DNA of 64,000 bases, taken from an uncultured Rikenella sp. GTDB lineage: Bacteria > Bacteroidota > Bacteroidia > Bacteroidales > VadinHA17. The stretch covers positions 44,605 through 108,604 of the forward strand of contig CAZWOC010000007.1 of assembly GCA_964635655.1 (NCBI GenBank), written 5' to 3'. Both the position numbers and the translations under genes were made by a program. Shown in pieces: positions 8,975-18,981 of this stretch (its first letter is position 1; each line of letters begins with the position of its first letter). Under the pieces are notes generated by a model, which saw nothing but the letters and a program-made list of their open reading frames with translations, did no database searches and was not told where the DNA came from.

Positions 8975-10845
8975 ACTTCAGATATGATATAATCGTCGTT
9001 GGTGGTGGCCACGCCGGATGCGAGGCTGCACATATTGCTGCTGTTATGGGAGCGAAAACGCTCCTGGTGACGATGGATATGACAAAACTGGCCCAGATGT
9101 CATGTAATCCGGCAATGGGGGGAATAGCCAAAGGACAGATAATCAGGGAAATAGATGCGCTGGGCGGTATGTCCGGCATAGTTACTGACAGGTCAATGAT
9201 TCAGTTCAGGATGCTGAACAGAAGCAAAGGCCCTGCAATGTGGAGTCCGAGGGCTCAATGTGACAGGATGCTTTTCAGCCGGGAGTGGAGAAGGATTCTC
9301 GAGGAGACTGATGGATTAGGCATCTGGCAGGAACAAGCTACGGGACTAATAATTGAGGACGATTCGGTTAAAGGAATCCGGACTGCTTTTGGGACCGAGT
9401 TCAGGGCTGATGCAGTTGTATTGACAAATGGCACGTTTCTTAACGGTCTGATGCATGTCGGTTTCAGCACCATGTCTGGTGGCAGGTCAGGTGATCCGGC
9501 ATCGAACGGATTGAGCGAGCAACTCAGGGAGCTTGGTTTCGAGGTCGAGCGGTTGAAGACCGGAACGAGTGCACGAATAGACGGAAGAAGCATTGACTTC
9601 GGTGCGATGACTGAGCAGAAGGGCGACGGTGACGGAAGATGCTTCTCATACCTTAATGACAGGGTTAATATTGATGATGAACGCAGCTGTTTTATAACCC
9701 ATACAAATGAGCGAGCCCATGAGGTGCTGAGGAGTGGTCTTGAATTCTCTCCGCTCTTTAAGGGAAGGATCAAGGGAAGAGGCCCAAGGTATTGCCCGAG
9801 CGTGGAAGATAAGATTGTAACATTTGCCGGCAAGGAGTCGCATCAGTTATTCCTTGAACCGGAAGGGTGGGATACAAACGAGTTTTATATAAACGGGTTC
9901 TCGAGCAGTCTCAGGATGGAGACACAACTGGCTGCAATGAGGGAAATTGCCGGATTGGAGAATGTTGTAATATTCAGACCCGGCTATGCAATAGAGTATG
10001 ATTTTTTCCAGCCGACACAACTGAAGCATTCACTTGAGACAAAAAGAATAGAAGGGCTTTACTTTGCAGGGCAGATAAACGGTACCACAGGATATGAGGA
10101 AGCGGGTGCGCAAGGTCTTCTTGCCGGCATCAACGCTGTTCAAAAAATCAGGGGAAAGGAGCCGGTTATTCTGAAAAGAGATGAAGCATATATCGGAGTC
10201 CTTATTGACGACCTGGTAACAAAGGGTGTTGATGAGCCTTACAGGATGTTTACATCGAGGGCGGAATACAGAATTTTGCTCCGGCAGGATAATGCTGATG
10301 AAAGACTGACTCCGTTAGCCTGGAATCTGGAGACTGTTACAGAGGAGAGGATGAGAAGGCTGGAGGAGAAGTACAGGATGGCCGGGGAGATAATTGATTT
10401 CCTCGGAAGATGTAGTATTTCCCCATCAGACATAAATGTATTTCTCGTAGAAAAGGGAACAGCGGAGATAAGCCAGAAGATGAAGGCGCTGAATCTTGCT
10501 GGCCGGCCACAGATCGAACTTGAGGAGCTTCTTGAAAAAATTCCGGGCGCTGAAATGCTTGGATATAATGAATCAGGAAGGAAAACTGAGATTATTGAAG
10601 CAGCTGAAATAAAAATCAAGTACTCCGGATACCTCGAGCGAGAGAGGGGAGTGGCGGAAAAGATAAAGAGACTTGAAGAGCTCAGGATCCCTGACGAAAT
10701 CAATTACGAGGAACTTACATCAATCTCAACCGAAGGACGGCAGAAGCTGTCACGCATCAGACCGGCTACAATCGGTCAGGCTTCCCGGATCAGCGGAGTA
10801 TCATCATCAGATGTCTCAATTCTAATTATGTATCTTGGCAGATAA
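8971..10845 (+). CDS. mnmG: tRNA uridine-5-carboxymethylaminomethyl(34) synthesis enzyme MnmG
   Basis: 624 aa. FAD site DIIVVGGGHAGCEAA. GPRYCPSVEDK. FAGQINGTTGYEEA. Confidence 0.96.
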   Translation: MNFRYDIIVVGGGHAGCEAAHIAAVMGAKTLLVTMDMTKLAQMSCNPAMGGIAKGQIIREIDALGGMSGIVTDRSMIQFRMLNRSKGPAMWSPRAQCDRMLFSREWRRILEETDGLGIWQEQATGLIIEDDSVKGIRTAFGTEFRADAVVLTNGTFLNGLMHVGFSTMSGGRSGDPASNGLSEQLRELGFEVERLKTGTSARIDGRSIDFGAMTEQKGDGDGRCFSYLNDRVNIDDERSCFITHTNERAHEVLRSGLEFSPLFKGRIKGRGPRYCPSVEDKIVTFAGKESHQLFLEPEGWDTNEFYINGFSSSLRMETQLAAMREIAGLENVVIFRPGYAIEYDFFQPTQLKHSLETKRIEGLYFAGQINGTTGYEEAGAQGLLAGINAVQKIRGKEPVILKRDEAYIGVLIDDLVTKGVDEPYRMFTSRAEYRILLRQDNADERLTPLAWNLETVTEERMRRLEEKYRMAGEIIDFLGRCSISPSDINVFLVEKGTAEISQKMKALNLAGRPQIELEELLEKIPGAEMLGYNESGRKTEIIEAAEIKIKYSGYLERERGVAEKIKRLEELRIPDEINYEELTSISTEGRQKLSRIRPATIGQASRISGVSSSDVSILIMYLGR

Positions 10846-10848
10846 TTT

Positions 10849-10872
10849 ATGATGTTCCACGTGGAACATCAT
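10849..10872. repeat. perfect 24-bp palindrome ATGATGTTCCACGTGGAACATCAT
   Basis: I checked it base by base. It starts 4 nt after the mnmG stop and ends 15 nt before the ade ATG. A TTTCAATATT stretch follows. Confidence 0.9.
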
Positions 10873-10886
10873 TTTCAATATTAATT

Positions 10887-12533
10887 ATGAAAATTGCAGG
10901 TAAAATTATTGATGTGCATAAAAGGCGCATTTACCCGGGGATTGTAACTGTTTCAGACGGCAAGATTGAATCGGTAACAGAAACCGACCAATGTCCGGAA
11001 CAGTTCATAATGCCGGGGCTGGCCGATGCTCATGTGCATATTGAAAGCAGTATGCTTGTGCCCTCTCATTTTGCTGTTGCCGCTGTCAGGCACGGAACAG
11101 TGGCTGTGGTGACTGATCCGCATGAAATAGCAAATGTGCTGGGTAAGGAAGGTGTAAAATTCATGCTTGACAATGCGGAAAATGTTCCTGTCAAAATGAT
11201 TTTCGGCGCACCGTCATGCGTACCGGCTACTACATCTGAAAGCGCCGGAGCAAAGATCGGAGCGGCCGATATCCGCGAAATGCTCGACGAGGGGAAGGTT
11301 AAATTCCTTGCAGAGATGATGAATTTTCCCGGAGTAATTTATGATGATGCTGAAGTACATCATAAACTCGATGCTGCAAGAAGCGCGGGAGTGCCGGTAG
11401 ACGGTCATGCACCAGGCCTGACAGGAGAGGAACTGAAGAAATATATTGCAGCCGGTATTTCAACCGACCACGAATGTACCTCCCTGGAGGAAGCGCTTGA
11501 AAAAATTTCCGGCGGAATGAAAATCCTTATTCGGGAGGGAAGCGCAGCCAGAAACCTTGAGGTGCTTGCCCCGCTGCTCAGTTATTATCCGGCCGAAGTG
11601 ATGCTCTGTACAGATGACCTCCACCCTGAAACACTTGTACGCGGACATATTAACAGACTGGTCGCACGCCTGATCTTAGCGGGTTATGACATGTTCGACG
11701 TCATACGGGCAGCATCCGTCAATACATTTAAGCATTACGATATCAACGCGGGAACATTAAACCCCGGAGACCCGGCAGATTTCATAATTGTCGATGATCC
11801 GGGTAAAATGAACGTCAGCCAGACCTGGATAGACGGCAAATGCGTATTTGACGGAGATAAAGCTCTTTTCACACCTGGAGAAATAATCAAGATAAATAAA
11901 TTCAAATGCACAAGACTTCTCCCGGATGAAATCAGGGTCATAAACGAAGGAAAAAAAATCAATCTGATTGTGGCAAGAAACGGTGAGCTTACAACAGATG
12001 CCGACGTGGTTCCGGCAGGAGATGAACCCTTTGTTATACCCAGGCCGGCAGAAGATATTCTTAAAATTGTTGTAAAGGAAAGATACAACGACAGGCCACC
12101 GGTTGCCGGTTTCATCCGGGGCTTCGGCTTGAAAAGCGGAGCAATGGCTTCATCTGTGGCTCATGACAGTCATAATATAATCGCTGTCGGTACAAATGAC
12201 CGGGATATTGTATCTGCAATAAACCTGATAGTGGATGCAGGTGGAGGAATGTCGGTGGTTTCGGATAACGGCAGTGAAATCCTCAAACTGCCAATAGCCG
12301 GTATAATGTCCGACCTGCCTGTAACTGCAATGGCCTCACGCTATGAAAGACTGTCTGAAACAGTTAAAGGACTGGGCTGCAAACTCGACGCACCATTCAT
12401 GACCCTCTCATTTATGGCCCTCCTTGTCATACCTAAACTGAAAATGAGCGACAAAGGATTGTTTGACGGACTGACATTCAGGCATATACCGCTCTTCGTA
12501 CCCGATCCTTACAGCAAGTACAAAACCCCCTGA
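10887..12533 (+). CDS. ade: adenine deaminase
   Basis: 548 aa. Amidohydrolase metal site PGLADAHVHIESSML. VVTDPHEIANVLG. Confidence 0.85.
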   Translation: MKIAGKIIDVHKRRIYPGIVTVSDGKIESVTETDQCPEQFIMPGLADAHVHIESSMLVPSHFAVAAVRHGTVAVVTDPHEIANVLGKEGVKFMLDNAENVPVKMIFGAPSCVPATTSESAGAKIGAADIREMLDEGKVKFLAEMMNFPGVIYDDAEVHHKLDAARSAGVPVDGHAPGLTGEELKKYIAAGISTDHECTSLEEALEKISGGMKILIREGSAARNLEVLAPLLSYYPAEVMLCTDDLHPETLVRGHINRLVARLILAGYDMFDVIRAASVNTFKHYDINAGTLNPGDPADFIIVDDPGKMNVSQTWIDGKCVFDGDKALFTPGEIIKINKFKCTRLLPDEIRVINEGKKINLIVARNGELTTDADVVPAGDEPFVIPRPAEDILKIVVKERYNDRPPVAGFIRGFGLKSGAMASSVAHDSHNIIAVGTNDRDIVSAINLIVDAGGGMSVVSDNGSEILKLPIAGIMSDLPVTAMASRYERLSETVKGLGCKLDAPFMTLSFMALLVIPKLKMSDKGLFDGLTFRHIPLFVPDPYSKYKTP

Positions 12534-12629
12534 AATTGTGTGCAGGCACAGAGGCTGCCCCGGTTCAGAGCATTTGAGCCGGATAAGGGCCTGTATATCA
12601 GATAAAAACAGGATCGATTAAACACCTGT

Positions 12630-14423
12630 ATGCCAACCGGAGACACAATAAGATCAACAGTTTCTACACTCCCCGACAAACCGGGAGTATACCAGTTTAT
12701 AGATTCCTCCGGGACAATTCTATATGTCGGAAAGGCCCGCAGCCTGAAGAAACGGGTTGCTTCCTACTTTGCAAAAAACCAGTCCGGTAAAACACGGGTG
12801 ATGCTCTCCCGCGCCGTCGAACTCCGGCATATTGTGGTTGACAATGAATCTGATGCGCTTCTCCTTGAAAACAGCCTGATAAAAAAGCATCAGCCGCGAT
12901 ACAACATCCTCCTTAAAGACGACAAGACATATCCCTGGATATGCATTAAAAATGAGCACTTTCCGCGTGTTTTCATGACCCGGAAACTGATAACTGACGG
13001 CTCTGCCTACTTTGGCCCCTACACATCGGTACCGGTAGTAAGGACACTGCTTGAGCTGATCCGGCACCTCTTCCAGATACGCACCTGCTCACTTCCACTG
13101 AATCAAAAGTCAATTTCGGAAGGCAAATTCAAAGTGTGCCTTGAATATCACATGGGTAATTGCAAAGCCCCGTGCATAGGGCTTATCAGCGAGGATGAAT
13201 ACAACCGGCAGGCAGAACGTATTAAGGAAATTATCAGGGGAGACCTGTCAGGGGTGACGGCATACCTTGATTCGATGATGCGTAAGCTGGCCTCAGATCT
13301 TAAGTTCGAAGAAGCACAGAAAATAAAGGAAAAGCTGGAGCTCCTTTCAAAATACCGCAGCAAATCAGTTGTTGTAAACACTTCGGTAAAAAACGTTGAC
13401 GTGTTTGGCTGCTCAGTTGAAGAGGGTTCAATGTATGTAAGTTACATGAAGGTTGTTTCCGGCGCTATTGTTCAGTCGTGGTCAGTGGAACTGAAAATGA
13501 GGATGGAAGAGGAAAAGGAATCAATTCTATCCACTGCCGTAACTGAAATAAGGCAAAGAGTATCAAGTGATTCCCCGGAGATATTAGTTCCCTTTATGCC
13601 TGATATTCAGTTGGATAACATAAAATACTCGGTTCCCGCGAGGGGAGACAGGTTTAAACTGCTTGAGCTGGCAAACCGTAATGCGGTCTTTTTCAGGCTG
13701 GAACGACAGAAAAAATTTTCGGAACATTCAAAGGAAAACAGGACCGAAAGAAACCTGGAGAAAATGAAGAAGGATCTTCATATGCCTGTCCTGCCGGCTC
13801 ATATTGAGTGTTTTGACAACTCGAACATACAGGGCGAATCGGCAGTCGCTGCATGCGTCGTCTTCAGAAACGGGAAACCGAGCAACAGGGAGTACAGGCA
13901 TTTCAACATAAAAACTGTCACCGGTCCTGATGACTTTGCTTCGATGGAAGAGGTGATTTATCGCCGGTACAGAAGGATGCTTGATGAGCAGAAACCGCTC
14001 CCGCAGCTTATTGTGATTGACGGTGGCAAGGGACAACTCTCTTCGGCAATGAAGACGATGGATCTTCTTGGAATCAGGGGAGCTGTGACTGTCATTGGAA
14101 TTGCAAAGAAGCTGGAGGAGATTTATTTTCCCGGTGACTCTGTTCCGCTGTATCTTGACAGGAACAGCATAACGCTTAAAATAATTCAGCACCTGAGAAA
14201 CGAAGCGCACCGCTTCGGGATTAATTTCCACAGGGGAAAGCGAAGTTCCAAAATGAACCTCTCTGTTCTGGATGAAATTCCCGGGATAGGGAAGAAGACA
14301 AAGGAACTACTCCTGAAAAAATTCGGTTCCGTAAAAAAACTGGCTGAGGCAGATCAGACTGAACTTGAAAATGCAATTGGACCAAAAAAAGCTGCAATTC
14401 TTGCTGCCGCTCTTAAAAATTAG
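12630..14423 (+). CDS. uvrC: excinuclease ABC subunit C
   Basis: 597 aa. GIY-YIG N-terminus (GVYQF...ILYVGKA). C-terminal HhH (IPGIGKKTKELLLKKFGS). Confidence 0.95.
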   Translation: MPTGDTIRSTVSTLPDKPGVYQFIDSSGTILYVGKARSLKKRVASYFAKNQSGKTRVMLSRAVELRHIVVDNESDALLLENSLIKKHQPRYNILLKDDKTYPWICIKNEHFPRVFMTRKLITDGSAYFGPYTSVPVVRTLLELIRHLFQIRTCSLPLNQKSISEGKFKVCLEYHMGNCKAPCIGLISEDEYNRQAERIKEIIRGDLSGVTAYLDSMMRKLASDLKFEEAQKIKEKLELLSKYRSKSVVVNTSVKNVDVFGCSVEEGSMYVSYMKVVSGAIVQSWSVELKMRMEEEKESILSTAVTEIRQRVSSDSPEILVPFMPDIQLDNIKYSVPARGDRFKLLELANRNAVFFRLERQKKFSEHSKENRTERNLEKMKKDLHMPVLPAHIECFDNSNIQGESAVAACVVFRNGKPSNREYRHFNIKTVTGPDDFASMEEVIYRRYRRMLDEQKPLPQLIVIDGGKGQLSSAMKTMDLLGIRGAVTVIGIAKKLEEIYFPGDSVPLYLDRNSITLKIIQHLRNEAHRFGINFHRGKRSSKMNLSVLDEIPGIGKKTKELLLKKFGSVKKLAEADQTELENAIGPKKAAILAAALKN

Positions 14424-14428
14424 TCTAT

Positions 14429-14442
14429 TTCCACGTGGAACA
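14429..14442. repeat. second copy of the TTCCACGTGGAACA core (12-bp perfect palindrome TTCCACGTGGAA)
   Basis: Starts 6 nt after the uvrC stop. The 14 nt match the centre of the 10849-10872 palindrome exactly. A T-rich stretch GTGTTTTATTTCTG follows. Confidence 0.8.
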
Positions 14443-14535
14443 GTGTTTTATTTCTGAACCCATAATACACAGATTAACAGCAGGTAAGAACTGATTACCT
14501 GAAGCTTCAACCCTGCGAGAACGGGAAATTTCCAA

Positions 14536-14976
14536 TCAGGCGGGCAGACGCCCGAATATTTTCTTCAGAAAACGGTGAAACGAATGGACACCGTCTGGTT
14601 TCCAGAACATCATTATGCACTGGTGATGGATCAGGTTGACATCTTCCTTTTCAAGTCCGGCAATTGTCTCCTTTGATTCTGCTCCCTGCTGAATCCAGAG
14701 GTCTTTAATTCCGTGTGCAATTGCCTCTTTTGCCACAGTGAGAGTTTCATGCTTCGGTGTCATGAATATTACCCCCTTTACTCCGGCGGGCAGTTCACTG
14801 ACCGACCTGTAGCATTTTACACCGTCAATTGTTTCGGCTGCAGGATTGACAGGTACAACGTCCATTCCCTTCTTTCGCAGGTCGCGGAACATAACCTGCC
14901 CGAATTTCTTCGGATCTCTCGAAACGCCGGCTAATGCATATGTGCCAAGAGAGAGAAATCTGTTTACGTCCTTCAT
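14536..14976 (-). CDS. CoA-binding domain protein
   Basis: 146 aa. YccU/YneT-like CoA-binding pattern (GASRDPKKFG-like ...VPVNP...GVKGVIFMTP). Confidence 0.7.
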   Translation of the reverse strand: MKDVNRFLSLGTYALAGVSRDPKKFGQVMFRDLRKKGMDVVPVNPAAETIDGVKCYRSVSELPAGVKGVIFMTPKHETLTVAKEAIAHGIKDLWIQQGAESKETIAGLEKEDVNLIHHQCIMMFWKPDGVHSFHRFLKKIFGRLPA

Positions 14977-15947
14977 TTTTTTCTCAGTGTTGAAAATATG
15001 ACAAATTCGATTAGTGCTGTCTTTGTTTCAGATTCCGGATACTTATCAAGAATGCGGATTGCCCTGTCAGAAAATTCCTGCATTTTTGATTCTGCATATT
15101 CCAGACCCCTGTGTTTTTTTACGAAGTCGATAACCTTGCCGATCTCCTTTCTTCCCTTCCTTTTTTTTCTCAACAGCCTTAAAATGTGACGTCTTTCCAG
15201 GGGGCCGGCTTCCCTCAGAGCGTGTATCAGTGGCAGAGTGATCTTTTTTTCCTTTATGTCATTTCCTTCCCGTTTCCCTGTCAGGCCATCACCGCTGTAA
15301 TCGAGCAGGTCATCCTTTATCTGGAAGGCGATACCGATGTTTTCCCCCAGCTCTTTCATACGTGCTATTACCGCAGTATCGTCTGTCACCGAACTGGCCC
15401 CGCAGGCAGTGCATGCCGAGATCAGTGTTGCTGTCTTCATCCTGATGATACGGAAGTAATCTTCTTCGCTGATGTCAAGCTTACGTGTCTTCTGTAACTG
15501 AACCAGTTCGCCCTTGACTATCTCCCTGACGGCATCTGATACGATACCCAGCATGTTGAACCGCTGTTTCTCCACGCTGATAAGAAGACCCTGTGCCAGG
15601 AGATAGTCGCCTACAAGTACGGCTATCTTTGAATTATAGAGCACATTGAGGGAGGGAAGGCCTCTTCTTTCCGAAGCGTCGTCAACCACGTCGTCATGTA
15701 CAAGTGTGGCTGTGTGCAGAAGTTCTATGAAAGTGGCAGCGATGTATGTGGTTTCAGTAACCGTACCATTGAGCTTTGCTGTAAGGAAAACAAGCAACGG
15801 TCTCATATGCTTGCCTTTACGGCGCAAGAAAAGACTTAGAATCGTATGAAAAAAGGGAATATCGCTCTGCAGTGTGTGTTTGAAATACGATTCAAATTCA
15901 CGCATTTCTGCTGCAACCGGTTTTTTTATGTCTGAAAGGCCTGCCAT
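14973..15947 (-). CDS. polyprenyl diphosphate synthase (trans-IPPS, IspB-like)
   Basis: 324 aa. First Asp-rich motif LVHDDVVDD and second FQIKDDLLD. Confidence 0.9.
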   Translation of the reverse strand: MAGLSDIKKPVAAEMREFESYFKHTLQSDIPFFHTILSLFLRRKGKHMRPLLVFLTAKLNGTVTETTYIAATFIELLHTATLVHDDVVDDASERRGLPSLNVLYNSKIAVLVGDYLLAQGLLISVEKQRFNMLGIVSDAVREIVKGELVQLQKTRKLDISEEDYFRIIRMKTATLISACTACGASSVTDDTAVIARMKELGENIGIAFQIKDDLLDYSGDGLTGKREGNDIKEKKITLPLIHALREAGPLERRHILRLLRKKRKGRKEIGKVIDFVKKHRGLEYAESKMQEFSDRAIRILDKYPESETKTALIEFVIFSTLRKK

Positions 15948-16041
15948 CGACTGCTGACGGTATCATCACCAAAAGTAAGACAAAAAGCCGAACAAATTGT
16001 TCCGGTCTGGAAGAGTGCTTAAATCACACCCTCAAATCAAC

Positions 16042-16656
16042 TCATTGATGTGTCTCTCCCAGGAATTTTTTCTGAAAGAGGAGTATTGCGAGTACCCCGG
16101 TGGTGATAGATGCGTCAGCCAGGTTGAATACCGGTCTGAAAAAAATGAAGGTCTGCCCCGGCCTGATGGGTGACCAGTCAGGCCACGTGGTGTCAATAAC
16201 AGGGAAATAGAACATATCGACAACTCTTCCGAGCAGAAAGGACGAGTATCCCCCTCCTTCCGGAAAAAGAACAGCGGGAGTCTGCCAGCTCTCGCTGAAA
16301 ATCATTCCGTAAAAAGCACTGTCAATCAGGTTTCCTGCAGCCCCGGCGATAATGGCGCTGACTGAGAGAATCAGCCCGGTGCTTGCATTCTTTTTTATTA
16401 TACTGTCAAGATACCATGAAATACCTGCTATGGCTATCATCCTGAAAACCGTAAGGGCGATCTTGCCTGACCTGCCGCCCCATTCCATCCCGAAGGCCAT
16501 GCCGTTGTTTTCGAGGAAATGAATGCGAAACCAGTTGCCGATTACCGGGATCTCATCGCCAATAACCATGTTGGTTTTGATGATAATCTTGACAATCTGA
16601 TCAACAATCAGGATCGAAAAAATCAGAATCAGTGCTTTTGTCCGGTTTGACATCAA
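16042..16656 (-). CDS. lspA: lipoprotein signal peptidase II
   Basis: 204 aa with 4 TM. NNGMAFGM and FNLADASIT motifs. Confidence 0.88.
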   Translation of the reverse strand: MMSNRTKALILIFSILIVDQIVKIIIKTNMVIGDEIPVIGNWFRIHFLENNGMAFGMEWGGRSGKIALTVFRMIAIAGISWYLDSIIKKNASTGLILSVSAIIAGAAGNLIDSAFYGMIFSESWQTPAVLFPEGGGYSSFLLGRVVDMFYFPVIDTTWPDWSPIRPGQTFIFFRPVFNLADASITTGVLAILLFQKKFLGETHQ

Positions 16657-16749
16657 GAATCAATTTGGCCGCAAAATAGCAAAAAAAACAGAAATAACTG
16701 ATTGAAATGCCGGTGGCTCAACATCTCGCGAAGACGCAGACGGCAAAAA

Positions 16750-18390
16750 TCAGTAATAAAGAAATCTCTTGATTTTCAGTGTCGCTGTCTTCTGAAACGG
16801 CTCAGGCTGGTATATGACCATCTGTAGCTGGCTGTACCTGTTGACCTTTGAGTTTACATACCTCTGAAGTTCTTCAAGGTATTCATTTATCAACTGCTCG
16901 GCCTGATCTGTGAAATCCTTTTTCATCTGGGAATATTTCGCCTGGAGCTCCTCGATGTTCAGGTGAACCATTGCCACAAGCTTCCCTTTTTTCTGAACGA
17001 CAAGTGATTCGATCACATGTCCGAAATCATTGATGACTGATTCGATCTCTTCCGGATAGATATTTTCTCCGCTTGATCCGACTATCATATTTTTAAGCCG
17101 TCCTTTGATACTCAGATAATTGTGCCGGTCGATAACACCAAGATCACCTGTTCTGAACCATCCGTCGGGAGTCAGTACATCGGCGGTCATTGAGGGTTCG
17201 CGGTAGTAGCCCTTCATCACGTTATCACCCCTTGCCCATATTTCACCTTCGCCAGTGACGGGATCGGGATTATTTATCTTAAGTGTGACACCCTGCATGA
17301 CGGGTCCTGTTGAGCCGAGCCTGCATGAGCCAACCTTTGTCCCGGCAAGCAGCGGCGAAGTTTCGGTGAGACCGTAACCAATGGCATACGGGAATTTTGC
17401 ATCCAGCAGAAACTGCTCCACAGTTTGATTGAGCTTTGCACCGCCAACGCCAAAGAACCTGAGTCTGCCACCGAATGCCTTGTATATTTTCTTTCCTGCA
17501 ATCCTGTTAAGAAGACGGCGGAACAGCGGAGTGCCATAAAGGAACGCCACAACCTTGTTTTTGTGGAAAGTAGGGGCCACCTTACCGAAATACACCTTTT
17601 CCATGATCAGGGGTACTGTAAGCATTGTCGTAGGCCTGACCTGTTGAAGAGCAGGAAGCAAAACGGAAGGTGTAGGCGCCTTGCGAAGATACCATATCAT
17701 GGCACCGTTGAAGATCGGCAGTATCAGGCCGAGAGTCTGCTCGTATGTATGGGAAAGCGGCAGTATCGACAGAAAAACATCGCTTTCAACGACATACTGT
17801 ATTGTCATCACCTGCCTTGCGGTGAAGCACAGGTTTTTATGGGTAAGCATTACCCCCTTTGACTTTCCGGTTGTACCTGATGTATAAATTATAGCAGCCA
17901 GGTCTTCCTCCCTGACCGTGTATTCTTTTGCCGGAACGGACCCTGCTATGTATCTGGCCGCAGAGGATCCCCTGATGATTCTAAAATCGTCAGTGGCAAT
18001 GACGGTTTCAAGCGTCCCTGATTTGTATTCAGCAACCTTATGGGCAAGATTTGAAGATATAAACAGAGCCTTTGCTTCTGAATGATCAAGCACATTTGCT
18101 ATTTCCCCCGGGGTAAAATCCGGAAGTATAGGCACTGCAACAGCTCCCATCGATGTTATTGCCAGGTAGGCAGCTCCCCAGTTGGGCATACTTGAGCTCA
18201 GTATGGCAACCCTGTCACCATGTCTGATATCAAGATCTTCAAGGAGCCTTGTCACCGAGGCAATCCTCTCTTTAAGCTGGTGATATGTAATAACATCCTC
18301 TCCCACAAATCCCATTGCATTGTTCTTTCCGTGCTTTCTGAAGCTCTCCCCGGCAAGAAACGGGATTGTCAACATCTCGTTATTATTCAT
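16750..18390 (-). CDS. AMP-dependent synthetase/ligase (long-chain acyl-CoA synthetase-like)
   Basis: 546 aa. YTSGTTGKSKGVMLTH, GYGLTETSP and WFRTGDLG. Confidence 0.85.
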   Translation of the reverse strand: MNNNEMLTIPFLAGESFRKHGKNNAMGFVGEDVITYHQLKERIASVTRLLEDLDIRHGDRVAILSSSMPNWGAAYLAITSMGAVAVPILPDFTPGEIANVLDHSEAKALFISSNLAHKVAEYKSGTLETVIATDDFRIIRGSSAARYIAGSVPAKEYTVREEDLAAIIYTSGTTGKSKGVMLTHKNLCFTARQVMTIQYVVESDVFLSILPLSHTYEQTLGLILPIFNGAMIWYLRKAPTPSVLLPALQQVRPTTMLTVPLIMEKVYFGKVAPTFHKNKVVAFLYGTPLFRRLLNRIAGKKIYKAFGGRLRFFGVGGAKLNQTVEQFLLDAKFPYAIGYGLTETSPLLAGTKVGSCRLGSTGPVMQGVTLKINNPDPVTGEGEIWARGDNVMKGYYREPSMTADVLTPDGWFRTGDLGVIDRHNYLSIKGRLKNMIVGSSGENIYPEEIESVINDFGHVIESLVVQKKGKLVAMVHLNIEELQAKYSQMKKDFTDQAEQLINEYLEELQRYVNSKVNRYSQLQMVIYQPEPFQKTATLKIKRFLYY

Positions 18391-18501
18391 TGGCTATGAA
18401 TGTATTGGGCGCAAAGATACTTTTAAATTAATATGTACAGCACATAACGTGCAAATATCATACTTAAATATGCCCTTAAACAAATATCGATCTAAATAGT
18501 T

Positions 18502-18509
18502 TATTTTTG
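18502..18509 (+). promoter_or_regulatory. candidate -7 promoter box (TATTTTTG) for queD-polA
   Basis: Matches TAnnTTTG 23 nt upstream of the queD ATG. Confidence 0.3.
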
Positions 18510-18531
18510 CATAGACCAAACACTTGCACAA

Positions 18532-18981
18532 ATGGCCCTGATACGGGTAACAAAGGAATTTCGCTTTGAGATGGCACATGCCCTGTGGAACTATGACGGT
18601 CCCTGCCGGAACGTTCATGGCCACTCATATATACTCTACGTGACTCTTGCCGGGGAGCCGTTGAATGATCCTGACCATCCGAGGAACGGTATGGTGATCG
18701 ATTTCGGTGATCTCAAGAAGATTGTCCGCGAGAACATCGTTGACAGGTTTGACCATGCCCTGATGGTCTCCGGACTGGCTCCCGCCGCCACCGTTGAGGC
18801 ATACCGTCAGCACTTTGGCAATGTCATCGTTTCGTCATACCAGCCTACATGCGAGAACCTTGTGGCCGATATTGCCACCACCCTGAGTGCATTGGTTCCG
18901 GCCGGAGCATTCCTCCACAGTATAAAATTATATGAAACAGCCACATCCTTTGCAGAGTGGCATGCATCCGACAACACGTGA
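18532..18981 (+). CDS. queD: 6-carboxytetrahydropterin synthase
   Basis: 149 aa. PTPS fold with FRFEMAHAL and the CxxxHGH motif (PCRNVHGHSY). Confidence 0.85.
   Translation: MALIRVTKEFRFEMAHALWNYDGPCRNVHGHSYILYVTLAGEPLNDPDHPRNGMVIDFGDLKKIVRENIVDRFDHALMVSGLAPAATVEAYRQHFGNVIVSSYQPTCENLVADIATTLSALVPAGAFLHSIKLYETATSFAEWHASDNT

Noticed and set aside
16183-16190. Third CCACGTGG octamer, inside lspA
   Set aside because: Only the 8-bp core is shared, not the 14-nt TTCCACGTGGAACA. It is intragenic, and one or two chance occurrences of a given palindromic 8-mer are expected in 64 kb.
18391-18531. Looked for a preQ1 riboswitch upstream of queD
   Set aside because: The 141-nt A/T-rich spacer shows no preQ1-I/II-like conserved core or convincing pseudoknot stem. 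It reads like plain promoter DNA with a TAnnTTTG box.
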